A DNA stretch of 24,000 nucleotides from positions 85,583-109,582 of the forward strand of contig NZ_BMPO01000006.1 in assembly GCF_014647635.1 (NCBI RefSeq), written 5' to 3'. This document shows positions 16,986 to 24,000 of the stretch, piece after piece (positions within the stretch are counted from its first letter, which is position 1; each line of letters begins with the position of its first letter). The notes beneath the pieces are model-generated. The model was not told the DNA's origin and searched no databases. It was given only the letters and a program-made list of their open reading frames with translations. The position numbers were made by a program, and so were the translations under genes. Origin of the DNA: Pseudomonas matsuisoli (GTDB lineage Bacteria; Pseudomonadota; Gammaproteobacteria; Pseudomonadales; Pseudomonadaceae).

Positions 16986-17218
16986 GAGATTCCTCCTACG
17001 GCTTGGTCCGGCGCTTATCACTTGGCAGCACCGTGTTCGGTTGCCTTACGTAGTTATGAGTCGAGCGCCACGCGATAGGTTCGATGGAGAACAGCGCCGC
17101 CCGGCAAGCAACCGCCGCGCGGCGGAGCGCAACCTGTTTCAACGTGTAAGCCCTGCGCGGAACGAGCCGGTCGAACACACGTCTGATCTACCGGGCGACA
17201 TCACATCAGGAGACCGCG

Positions 17219-18082
17219 ATGCGTTGGCAACGAGCAAGGCGCAGCGACAATGTCGTGGATGCACGAGGACGAGGCGGTAGCGGCATGCGTGTTGGCGGCG
17301 GGCTCGGGCTCGGCGGCATCGCTATCGTGGTCATTCTCAGCCTGGTGATGGGCGAAGACCCCCTGCGGGTACTTAGCCAGATTCAGGGTACCGCCAGCGA
17401 AGCACCCGCTCCCCGAACGAGCGGGTCTGGCGAGGCCGATCCTGAATTGCAATTCGTTCAGTCCATCCTGGGCGACACCGAGGACACCTGGGACGCACTG
17501 TTCGCCACCGAAGGCGCCCAATACCAGCGCCCAAAATTAGTCGTGTTCAACGGTGCGACACAGTCCGCATGCGGCTTTGCCTCCTCCGCCGTGGGACCCT
17601 TTTATTGCCCCGGTGACGGCCAGGTTTACCTAGATCTGAGTTTCTTCCAGGAACTGGAGCAGCGCTTCCAGGCAGCCGGCGACTTTGCCCAGGCGTACGT
17701 CATTGCCCATGAAGTCGGTCACCACGTGCAGAACCTACTGGGTTTGCCCCGGCAGATCCAAGCCGCCCGCCAACGCGGGACGCCGATGGAAGGCGCTACG
17801 GGGCTTTCCGTGCGCCAGGAGCTACAGGCGGATTGTTATGCAGGCGTATGGGCGTTCAATGCGCAGCAGCGCCTGGACTGGATGGAGCCTGGTGATCTGG
17901 AGGAAGCGTTGAACGCAGCCACTGCGATTGGCGATGACCGTCTGCAGCAGCGCGGCCAGGGTCGCGTCGTGCCTGATTCGTTCACCCATGGGTCCTCCGA
18001 GCAGCGCGTTCGGTGGTTCAAGCGCGGATATGAGGCGGGCTCTCCCGCCGAGTGCGACACGTTCCGGGCGAAGCAGCTTTAG
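17219..18082 (+). CDS. ypfJ: YpfJ-family putative neutral zinc metallopeptidase (287 aa)
   Basis: The N-terminus MRWQRARRSDNVVDARG...GIAIVVILSLV forms a membrane anchor. The protein carries FYCPGD and the HEVGHH zinc-binding motif characteristic of the YpfJ/Zn_peptidase family. A CAGGAGA Shine-Dalgarno lies upstream. Confidence 0.88.
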   Translation: MRWQRARRSDNVVDARGRGGSGMRVGGGLGLGGIAIVVILSLVMGEDPLRVLSQIQGTASEAPAPRTSGSGEADPELQFVQSILGDTEDTWDALFATEGAQYQRPKLVVFNGATQSACGFASSAVGPFYCPGDGQVYLDLSFFQELEQRFQAAGDFAQAYVIAHEVGHHVQNLLGLPRQIQAARQRGTPMEGATGLSVRQELQADCYAGVWAFNAQQRLDWMEPGDLEEALNAATAIGDDRLQQRGQGRVVPDSFTHGSSEQRVRWFKRGYEAGSPAECDTFRAKQL

Positions 18083-18118
18083 GGGTGGTTAGTTTTATAG
18101 AGTCGCGTTCCAGATGAG

Positions 18119-18143
18119 TCGGCGGCTAAAGCCGCCCCTACAG
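18119..18143. repeat. Single REP-like hairpin (third sequence type) between convergent ypfJ and the HAD gene
   Basis: The reverse complement of TCGGCGGCTAAAGCCGCCCCTACAG is CTGTAGGGGCGGCTTTAGCCGCCGA. It has a GTAG head plus a GGCGGC/GCCGCC stem. A degenerate echo (CGCGGCTAAAGCG) lies at about 9512-9524. Confidence 0.5.
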
Positions 18144-18239
18144 TAACCGCGCCGTACGTGCGGCCTAGCGATCTCACGAGCAAACGCACGTGTGGAATAT
18201 CGACCACGCGTAACGGCCTCATCGCGTCGCTCTACTCAC

Positions 18240-18836
18240 CTATCCCCGCGCCACCCATGCCTGAATTTCCCGGCAATCCTGCGCGATCGCATCGCCGAAT
18301 TCGGGCCATGGGTTGTGGGGCAAATTGACGAGGATGCTTCGCGCGCCAGCCGCATGCGCGCATGCCAAATCGTTCAGGTGATCCCCGATCATGACCATGT
18401 TTTGCGTCTCGACGCCCCATCGCTCAGCGAGGTGAAGCAAACCGCCAGGGTGCGGTTTGGGCGGCGCGTCGGCGCGCCCCAGGACATCCTCGACCGAGAA
18501 GCAGTCTGCCAGTCCGATAGCCTCCAGCGTAATCAGGGCAAGCTCGTGAGCGTTGCGGGTAAGAATGCCAATCTGGTCGCCACGCTCACATAGATACCGC
18601 ACCAGTTCCACCGCCCCTGTCGCCGCTGTAGACGCCTCCGCTAGTGCGCGCTCGTGCTCCAGCAACCAGGCGTGCTTGGCCGCTTGCTCGGTTTCGGGCA
18701 ACGCCGCCAGATGGTGCAGGATGTCATCTTCTGCCGGGATGTCGAGGTGCCGCTTGATGGCGGCGAAGTCATGCACGGCGACCGTCAGCGTGCCATCCAT
18801 GTCGAACACCCAGTGACGAATGTCAGCGCACTTCAT
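18240..18836 (-). CDS. HAD-superfamily hydrolase, subfamily IA (phosphatase-like, 198 aa)
   Basis: Motif I is WVFDMDGTLT, motif II is ILTRN, and the C-terminal part contains K..P...MIGDHLNDL. The start overlaps the tesB stop as ATGA. Confidence 0.85.
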   Translation of the reverse strand: MKCADIRHWVFDMDGTLTVAVHDFAAIKRHLDIPAEDDILHHLAALPETEQAAKHAWLLEHERALAEASTAATGAVELVRYLCERGDQIGILTRNAHELALITLEAIGLADCFSVEDVLGRADAPPKPHPGGLLHLAERWGVETQNMVMIGDHLNDLACAHAAGARSILVNLPHNPWPEFGDAIAQDCREIQAWVARG

Positions 18837-19702
18837 TGCACATCTCCGCGCTGTCGGATGAGCCCTTCCTGGGCGACCGACGCAATCAGGCGGCCCTTAA
18901 GATCGTACACGCTGCCCCGACAAAAGCCGCGTGCGCCGCCTGCCCACGGGCTGTCCATCGCATACAGCAGCCAATCGTTCAGGTTCGGCTCCTGATGAAA
19001 CCAGATCGCATGGTCGAGGCTCGCCACTTGCATCGACTTCTGCCAGAACGACACGCCATGGGGCAGCATCGACGTCGGCAACAGATTGAAGTCCGAGGCG
19101 TAGGCCAGCAGGTAACGATGCAATGCCGCGTTGTCCGGCAGAGTGCCGTTGGCGCGAAACCACACGTGCTTCACCGGCTCGGCGGCCTGCGGCGCGAAGG
19201 GGTCCTGGAAATGCACGGGACGCATTTCGATCGGCCGATCACCCAATACGCGCTCGCGGATCGCCGGCGGAATGCGTTCAGCGATCCGCTGCGCCAGTTC
19301 CGCTTCGGACACCAATCCGTCGGGGCCTGGCACCTCGGGCATCGAGGTCTGGTGCTCGAGACCGGCTTCGACGATCTGGAACGACGCACTGAGGAAAAAG
19401 ATCGGTTTGCCCTTTTGAATCGCCGTCACCCGGCGGGTACAGAAGCTGCCGCCATCCCGAACGCGATCGACCTGATAGAGCACCGGCATCGCGGCGTCGC
19501 CCGGACGCAGAAAATAACCGTGTAGCGAATGAACAGGGCGGCTAGCGTCGACCGTCTGCGTGGCAGCCGAGAGTGCCTGACCGACTACCTGCCCGCCGAA
19601 CAGCTGGCGGAAGCCAATATCCTGGCTTGCCCCCCGGAACAGGTTTTCTTCGATGGGCTCCAGGGTCAACAGGGCGACAAGGTCATCCAATACACGGCTC
19701 AT
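18833..19702 (-). CDS. tesB: Acyl-CoA thioesterase II (289 aa)
   Basis: LVALLTLEPIEENLFRGASQDIGFRQLFGGQVVGQALSAA and the double hot-dog length match TesB. An AAGGAA Shine-Dalgarno lies upstream. Confidence 0.92.
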   Translation of the reverse strand: MSRVLDDLVALLTLEPIEENLFRGASQDIGFRQLFGGQVVGQALSAATQTVDASRPVHSLHGYFLRPGDAAMPVLYQVDRVRDGGSFCTRRVTAIQKGKPIFFLSASFQIVEAGLEHQTSMPEVPGPDGLVSEAELAQRIAERIPPAIRERVLGDRPIEMRPVHFQDPFAPQAAEPVKHVWFRANGTLPDNAALHRYLLAYASDFNLLPTSMLPHGVSFWQKSMQVASLDHAIWFHQEPNLNDWLLYAMDSPWAGGARGFCRGSVYDLKGRLIASVAQEGLIRQRGDVQ

Positions 19703-19812
19703 GGGGTTTCCTTAGGCAGGCAATCGATTAATGGGGGCATATTAGGGTCTGTTGCCGTTTCATCGCGAGCCGCGTTGCCACGCAACCCGTTCATGGACGA
19801 TCCAAAAGCGCA

Positions 19813-20376
19813 TTAGCCACGTGCCTGCCACGCAGCACGACTCAAGCGATACAACAGGTGATGCCGTAGGCGGTGCTCCGGCGGCAAGTGGGGATGCTGA
19901 AAGTCATCCCGTGCATCGTAGGTCATGCCCAGACGCTCCATGAGACCCAGCGATGCCAGATTCGCGGGCACCGTGAACGCGACGATTTCCTCCAGCCCGG
20001 CGCGATCAAAGGCGAAATCGAGAACGGCCTCGGCGGCTTCATGGGCATACCCTTCTTGCCAATGCTCCGCAGCGAGTCGCCAGCCGATGGCGACGGCAGG
20101 CGCGAACGGTGCCGCGAAATCACAGTGCTGAATGCCGACGTAACCCACGAACGGGTCACCGCCCTTTACTTCGACTGCCCACCAGCCGTAACCGTGTTCA
20201 GTGAAATGCGCTTGGATAGCGTCCGCCAGCGCATCGCTTTCCACAGGTGTCATCGGCCCGGGGAAAAAGCTCATCACTTTCGGGTCACCGCTTTGCTCGG
20301 CGAAGGGTATTCGGTCGGCGTCACGCCAGGGACGCAGTAGTAAACGCGGTGTATCCAGGGTCGGCAAACGGTCCAT
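19813..20376 (-). CDS. GNAT-family N-acetyltransferase (RimJ/RimL-like, 187 aa)
   Basis: MDRLPTLDTPRLLLRPWRDADRIPFAEQSGDPKVM... is typical of Acetyltransf_3 proteins. The ATG at 20376 is preceded by GAGGAG at proper spacing. The ORF-track start at 20487 adds 37 unlikely codons that overlap the dgt upstream region. Confidence 0.82.
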   Translation of the reverse strand: MDRLPTLDTPRLLLRPWRDADRIPFAEQSGDPKVMSFFPGPMTPVESDALADAIQAHFTEHGYGWWAVEVKGGDPFVGYVGIQHCDFAAPFAPAVAIGWRLAAEHWQEGYAHEAAEAVLDFAFDRAGLEEIVAFTVPANLASLGLMERLGMTYDARDDFQHPHLPPEHRLRHHLLYRLSRAAWQARG

Positions 20377-20530
20377 AGGCACTCCTCGGGGCTCCTCCAT
20401 CCGACCGTACACCGACGACGAGGTGCGACACGGCGCCAAAGCGGCTCGCCGTCCCCCTTCGACGACCCGAATCCTCATCGGCATCATGCAGGTGGTACCC
20501 TCGCCTCATCTTTTCAGCGTGCGCCCGATC

Positions 20531-22018
20531 ATGTCCGTCGACTTCACCTCCAAACTTTCTCGACAACGCCCCCATAGCCGCCTCGAACATCGCTTGACGG
20601 CGTCCGACTGTTCACCCAACGAACTAATGCAGGCGTTCGAAAGTGACCGTGGTCGCATCGTTAATTCCGCTGCCGTTCGCCGCCTCCAACAAAAGACTCA
20701 GGTGTTCCCGCTCGAGCGAAATGCCGCCGTACGTAGCCGCTTGACGCACTCACTGGAGGTTCAGCAGGTCGGTCGATTCATCGTCCGGACGCTGTTCCAG
20801 AAACTGGGTGATCAGGCGCCTGGATATGGCCTCGCAGGCCTGGAGCGCGCCGTCGAAAGCCTGGTGGAAATGGCCTGTCTGATGCACGACGTGGGCAACC
20901 CTCCATTCGGGCACTTTGGCGAGTTCGCTATCAGCGAGTGGTTCGAACGGCATCTCGATGAGCATTTCGACACGGCGTTGGCGGACACCGATCATGATGC
21001 TGCCTTGCGCCACCGCATGCTCGCCGATCTGAAGCAATTCGAGGGCAACGCGCAAACGATACGCCTGGTGGTCAGTCTGTTGCGGCTGAACCTGACCTAC
21101 ACGCAGACCGCGTGCCTGTTGAAGTACGTGCGCGCCGCCTACCGGCCACGTCCAGCGGCCGGCACTGCCGGTGCTTATCTTGCCAAGAAGCCGGGTTTCT
21201 ATCTGTCGGAAGAGCCTTTTGTGGAGGCGCTTTGCCTGACACAAGGCATGGCGCCCGGCAGTCGACACCCACTGGCCTACGTCATGGAGGCGGCAGACGA
21301 TATTTCCTACTGTCTGGCGGATATCGAGGATTCGGTGGAAAAAGGCATTCTCGATATCGAAACGCTCGCCGAACTCCTGGTGAAGACGTTCGCTCTGCAT
21401 CGGCCGGACGATCCTGCGGTGGATGACAAGGGACGTCGCTTCGGTGCTCTGATCGCCTATGCGCGTGAGCGCTCGCAGAACGAATCGATCAACAAGGTAA
21501 GCGAGTTCTTCATCTGGCTACGCGTCAACATGATTCATCCGCTGGTGGAGCATGCAGCCGACCAGTTCATCGCGCACATCGACGCCATTCATGCCGGCAC
21601 CTTCGACCGCGCCTTGATGGAGGACGACAGTCCGGCGCATGCCGTGGTGCAGACGTTCAAGGATGTCGCCCGCGAGCGGGTGTTTTGCCATCGTGAGGTA
21701 GAGACGCTGCACCTACAGGGCTATCGCATCCTGCAAGGTCTGTTGGATTTCTACGCGCCGCTGCTGCGCGTCGATCCGGCCACGTTCGACGCTCTCACGA
21801 CCGGCCGATACGCGCGGAACCCGCATTTGCAGATGCTCGCCCGACGCCTGCCCAGCCAGTTGGTGAAGGCTTATCACGAAGCCATCAAAGCCCGCGATGG
21901 CTTGCCGGATCAGGCGCTGTGGGAGTTCTATCATCGGTGCCGGTTGTTGCAGGACGTTATCAGCGGTATGACCGACCAGCACGCGCAGGACGAATACCGG
22001 ACGTTGGCCGCCCTTTGA
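20531..22018 (+). CDS. dgt: Deoxyguanosinetriphosphate triphosphohydrolase, E. coli Dgt type (495 aa)
   Basis: MSVDFTSKLSRQRPH...FESDRGRIVNSAAVRRLQQKTQVFPLERNAAVRSRLTHSLEVQQVGRFI parallels E. coli Dgt almost residue for residue. The HD motif is present (CLMHDVGNPPFGHFGE). The ORF-track start at 20201 is antisense to the GNAT gene and spurious. Confidence 0.92.
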   Translation: MSVDFTSKLSRQRPHSRLEHRLTASDCSPNELMQAFESDRGRIVNSAAVRRLQQKTQVFPLERNAAVRSRLTHSLEVQQVGRFIVRTLFQKLGDQAPGYGLAGLERAVESLVEMACLMHDVGNPPFGHFGEFAISEWFERHLDEHFDTALADTDHDAALRHRMLADLKQFEGNAQTIRLVVSLLRLNLTYTQTACLLKYVRAAYRPRPAAGTAGAYLAKKPGFYLSEEPFVEALCLTQGMAPGSRHPLAYVMEAADDISYCLADIEDSVEKGILDIETLAELLVKTFALHRPDDPAVDDKGRRFGALIAYARERSQNESINKVSEFFIWLRVNMIHPLVEHAADQFIAHIDAIHAGTFDRALMEDDSPAHAVVQTFKDVARERVFCHREVETLHLQGYRILQGLLDFYAPLLRVDPATFDALTTGRYARNPHLQMLARRLPSQLVKAYHEAIKARDGLPDQALWEFYHRCRLLQDVISGMTDQHAQDEYRTLAAL

Positions 22019-22037
22019 AACCGTACCTGCCCTACCC

Positions 22038-22220
22038 GTAGGGCGGGTGCAACCCGCGGCTTTTGGGACGGTCAACCCCATCGAACCGCGCGGCCCTGAG
22101 CGGCCATGTCTGGTTTCACCTGACCTACGTAGTGCGGGTGCAACCCGCGGCTTTTTGCGATGCTCATCCCGTCAAACCTCAAGAACCCTGCACGTCCACG
22201 TCGGGTTCCACCCGACCTAC
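22038..22220. repeat. REP family 2 cluster downstream of dgt (four units, alternating orientation)
   Basis: GTAGGGCGGGTGCAACCCGCGGCTTTT lies at 22038-22064 (fwd) and CTGGTTTCACCTGACCTAC at 22110-22128 (rev). The latter abuts GTAGTGCGGGTGCAACCCGCGGCTTTTT at 22129-22156 (fwd). GTCGGGTTCCACCCGACCTAC lies at 22200-22220 (rev). Confidence 0.8.
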
Positions 22221-22328
22221 GAGGGCGGTCATCCGACTGTACGGGTGCATTAACCGGGGACTGTGCCGCTCGTCATATCTGGTAACAGGTGACAATCCCC
22301 CCTTTCCATCCGTTCGAGAGTGACTGCG

Positions 22329-23222
22329 ATGTCTCCCCGTGATTTGCTGCTGGCGCTATCCATCATCGTGGCCTGGGGGGTCAACTTCGTCGTCATCAAG
22401 GTAGGGCTCGACGGCCTGCCACCGATGCTACTTGGCGCGCTCCGCTTCCTGCTGGTTGCGCTTCCCGCATGCCTGTTCATCAAGCGCCCTGCGCTTCCGG
22501 TTTTCTGGCTTGTCGCCTATGGCTTGACCATTTCGCTCGGCCAATTCGCCTTCCTGTTCGAAGCCATGGCGCAAGGCATGCCGCCCGGCCTCGCCTCCCT
22601 GGTACTGCAGGCGCAGGCCTTCTTCACCATGATCTTCGCCGCTTTATTCATCGGTGAACGGTTGCGCGCCAGCAACCTGCTCGGCTTGCTGGTTGCCGCA
22701 GGTGGCCTGACATTGATCGGCCTCGAAGGCAATCATGTCACGCCGGTGCACGCGGTGATCCTAACCCTGTGCGGTGCAGCGATGTGGGCGCTGGGCAACA
22801 TCATCACCCGGCGTTTCGGCAACGTAAACCTACTGGGTCTGGTGGTGTGGGGCAGCCTGATTCCGCCACTGCCGTTCCTCGCGCTGTCACTCTGGTTGGA
22901 AGGTCCCGAACGTATCGCGACGGCCCTGCACAACATCGGGTTCAGCTCGATCTTTGCCATTTTCTATCTGGCATTCGTCGCCACGCTCTACGGCTATAGC
23001 CAGTGGAGCGTGCTGCTTTCACGTTATCCCGCGGGCAAAGTCGCGCCCCTGTCTTTACTGGTTCCCATCGTCGGTCTCGCCTCTGCCGCGTTGATGCTGG
23101 GCGAGGAACTCAGCGACTGGCAATGGGTAGGTGGCGCCCTGGTCATGGCGGGCCTGCTGATCAATGTGTTCGGTGGCCGGATGATGCAACGCTTGCGTCC
23201 TGCGGCGGCGGGCAACCCCTAA
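22329..23222 (+). CDS. eamA: EamA/DMT-family exporter, close to the E. coli O-acetylserine/cysteine exporter EamA (297 aa)
   Basis: LLALSIIVAWGVNFVVIKVGLDGLPPMLLGALRFLLVALPA...GLASLVLQAQAFFTMIFAALFIGERL...APLSLLVPIVGLASAALMLGEEL tracks E. coli EamA along its full length, as I recall it. I prefer the ATG at 22329 over the GTG at 22320. Confidence 0.85.
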   Translation: MSPRDLLLALSIIVAWGVNFVVIKVGLDGLPPMLLGALRFLLVALPACLFIKRPALPVFWLVAYGLTISLGQFAFLFEAMAQGMPPGLASLVLQAQAFFTMIFAALFIGERLRASNLLGLLVAAGGLTLIGLEGNHVTPVHAVILTLCGAAMWALGNIITRRFGNVNLLGLVVWGSLIPPLPFLALSLWLEGPERIATALHNIGFSSIFAIFYLAFVATLYGYSQWSVLLSRYPAGKVAPLSLLVPIVGLASAALMLGEELSDWQWVGGALVMAGLLINVFGGRMMQRLRPAAAGNP

Positions 23223-23325
23223 GGAGAGCTCACCGCTCATCTGCGCCGTGAAACCCTTGCGTTCTCGCTATCGCCTACTGGAAGACGCCCACCAGGGCTA
23301 ATCCACCTGCGGGAGATGAGCGACC

Positions 23326-24000
23326 ATGCAAGCGTTGACCTATCACGGGACCAAAGACGTACGCGTCGACAATGTGCCAGACCCCGTCATTCAGGAACCG
23401 GATGACATCATCCTGCGGGTGACCGCAACGGCCATCTGCGGCTCGGACCTGCACCTGTATCGAGGCAAGATTCCGCTGACCAAAAGCGGCGACATCCTTG
23501 GCCACGAATTCATGGGTATCGTCGAAGAGGCAGGCCCAGCGGTCACGAGCGTTAGAAAAGGGGATCGGGTCATCGTCCCGTTCGTGATCGCCTGCGGCGA
23601 TTGCTTCTTTTGTCAGATGAATCTGCATGCGGCGTGCGAAACCAGCAATCCTGACCGTGGGGCCATCGTCAACAAAAAATCGCTTCCCTCGGGGGCCGCG
23701 CTTTTCGGCTACAGCCACTTGTACGGAGGTATGCCTGGCGGCCAAGCCGAATACGTACGCGTACCCAAGGCCAACGCAGGCCCCTTCAAGATCCCGGATA
23801 CGCTGCAAGACGAACAAGTGCTGTTTCTTACCGACATCCTGCCGACGGGCTGGCAAGCGGTGCGTAATGCCGGCGTGGGCAAGGGCTCCAGCGTTGCAAT
23901 CTTCGGCGCTGGACCGGTCGGCATGATGGCGGCCGCGTGCGCCCGCATGCTGGGTGCAGAGCAAATCTTCATGGTCGACCATCACCCGTTCCGACTGGAG
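23326..24000 (+). CDS. Zinc-dependent alcohol/formaldehyde dehydrogenase family protein, 3'-truncated by the window edge (first 225 codons)
   Basis: I translated this by hand because it is absent from the ORF track (there is no stop codon in the window). The product begins [70 protein letters not shown]. It continues through ...CGDCFFCQ...[10 protein letters not shown]...TDILPTGW...[13 protein letters not shown]. These cover the catalytic and structural Zn ligands and the GxGxxG Rossmann motif. A GGGAGA Shine-Dalgarno lies at 23311-23316. Confidence 0.88.
   Translation, partial: MQALTYHGTKDVRVDNVPDPVIQEPDDIILRVTATAICGSDLHLYRGKIPLTKSGDILGHEFMGIVEEAGPAVTSVRKGDRVIVPFVIACGDCFFCQMNLHAACETSNPDRGAIVNKKSLPSGAALFGYSHLYGGMPGGQAEYVRVPKANAGPFKIPDTLQDEQVLFLTDILPTGWQAVRNAGVGKGSSVAIFGAGPVGMMAAACARMLGAEQIFMVDHHPFRLE

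Noticed and set aside
17024-17050. Sigma-54-like TGGCAG...TTCGG / GGTTGCC element upstream of ypfJ
   Set aside because: The GG-N10-GC spacing does not fit, because the positions expected to be GC are TT. No enhancer-binding-protein context is present.
20531-22018. dgt as a phage-defence dGTPase (dNTP-depletion system)
   Set aside because: It aligns along its full length with housekeeping E. coli-type Dgt. Its neighbours are core metabolic genes (tesB, GNAT, eamA) with no other defence or mobile genes nearby, and its composition is host-like. It is most simply the housekeeping enzyme.
1-24000. A mobile element, genomic island or novel multi-gene system anywhere in the window
   Set aside because: I recognised no integrase, transposase, RAYT, phage, conjugation, toxin-antitoxin, restriction or nuclease/ATPase defence-type genes. 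GC content and codon usage are uniform apart from short intergenic stretches. Every gene has a conventional housekeeping assignment.

Overview
This window reads as ordinary, high-GC core chromosome of a Pseudomonas-type gammaproteobacterium. The evidence is the CioAB oxidase, FprB-type reductase, TrmA, TesB and Dgt, plus dense REP elements with GTAG heads. I can support 21 protein-coding genes. In order they are mscL, a yoaE-like TerC/CBS gene, fpr, rlmG, and cioA-cioB followed by a translationally coupled 36-aa ORF. Next come an MFS transporter, a three-gene molybdo-flavo-iron-sulfur oxidoreductase operon divergent from an NCS2 purine permease, trmA, a Yip1-family gene, ypfJ, a tesB-HAD operon, a GNAT gene, dgt and eamA. 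A 3'-truncated Zn-dependent dehydrogenase gene at the right edge is missing from the ORF track. I see no rRNA, tRNA, CRISPR array, transposase, integrase, RAYT, toxin-antitoxin pair or recognisable defence cluster. I found no convincing evidence for a novel multi-gene system here. The observations most worth a second look are small-scale. They are the hidden cioB-coupled microprotein, a perfect Anr/FNR box just upstream of cioA, and two or three REP families. One REP family occurs in short and long forms with compensatory stem changes, and another doubles as terminators. Also notable are a cytoplasmic PaoABC/YagTSR-like enzyme paired with a purine permease, and a long structured leader in front of the TerC-family gene. 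Several ORF-track entries carry spurious N-terminal extensions, and many long antisense ORFs are GC-driven shadows.
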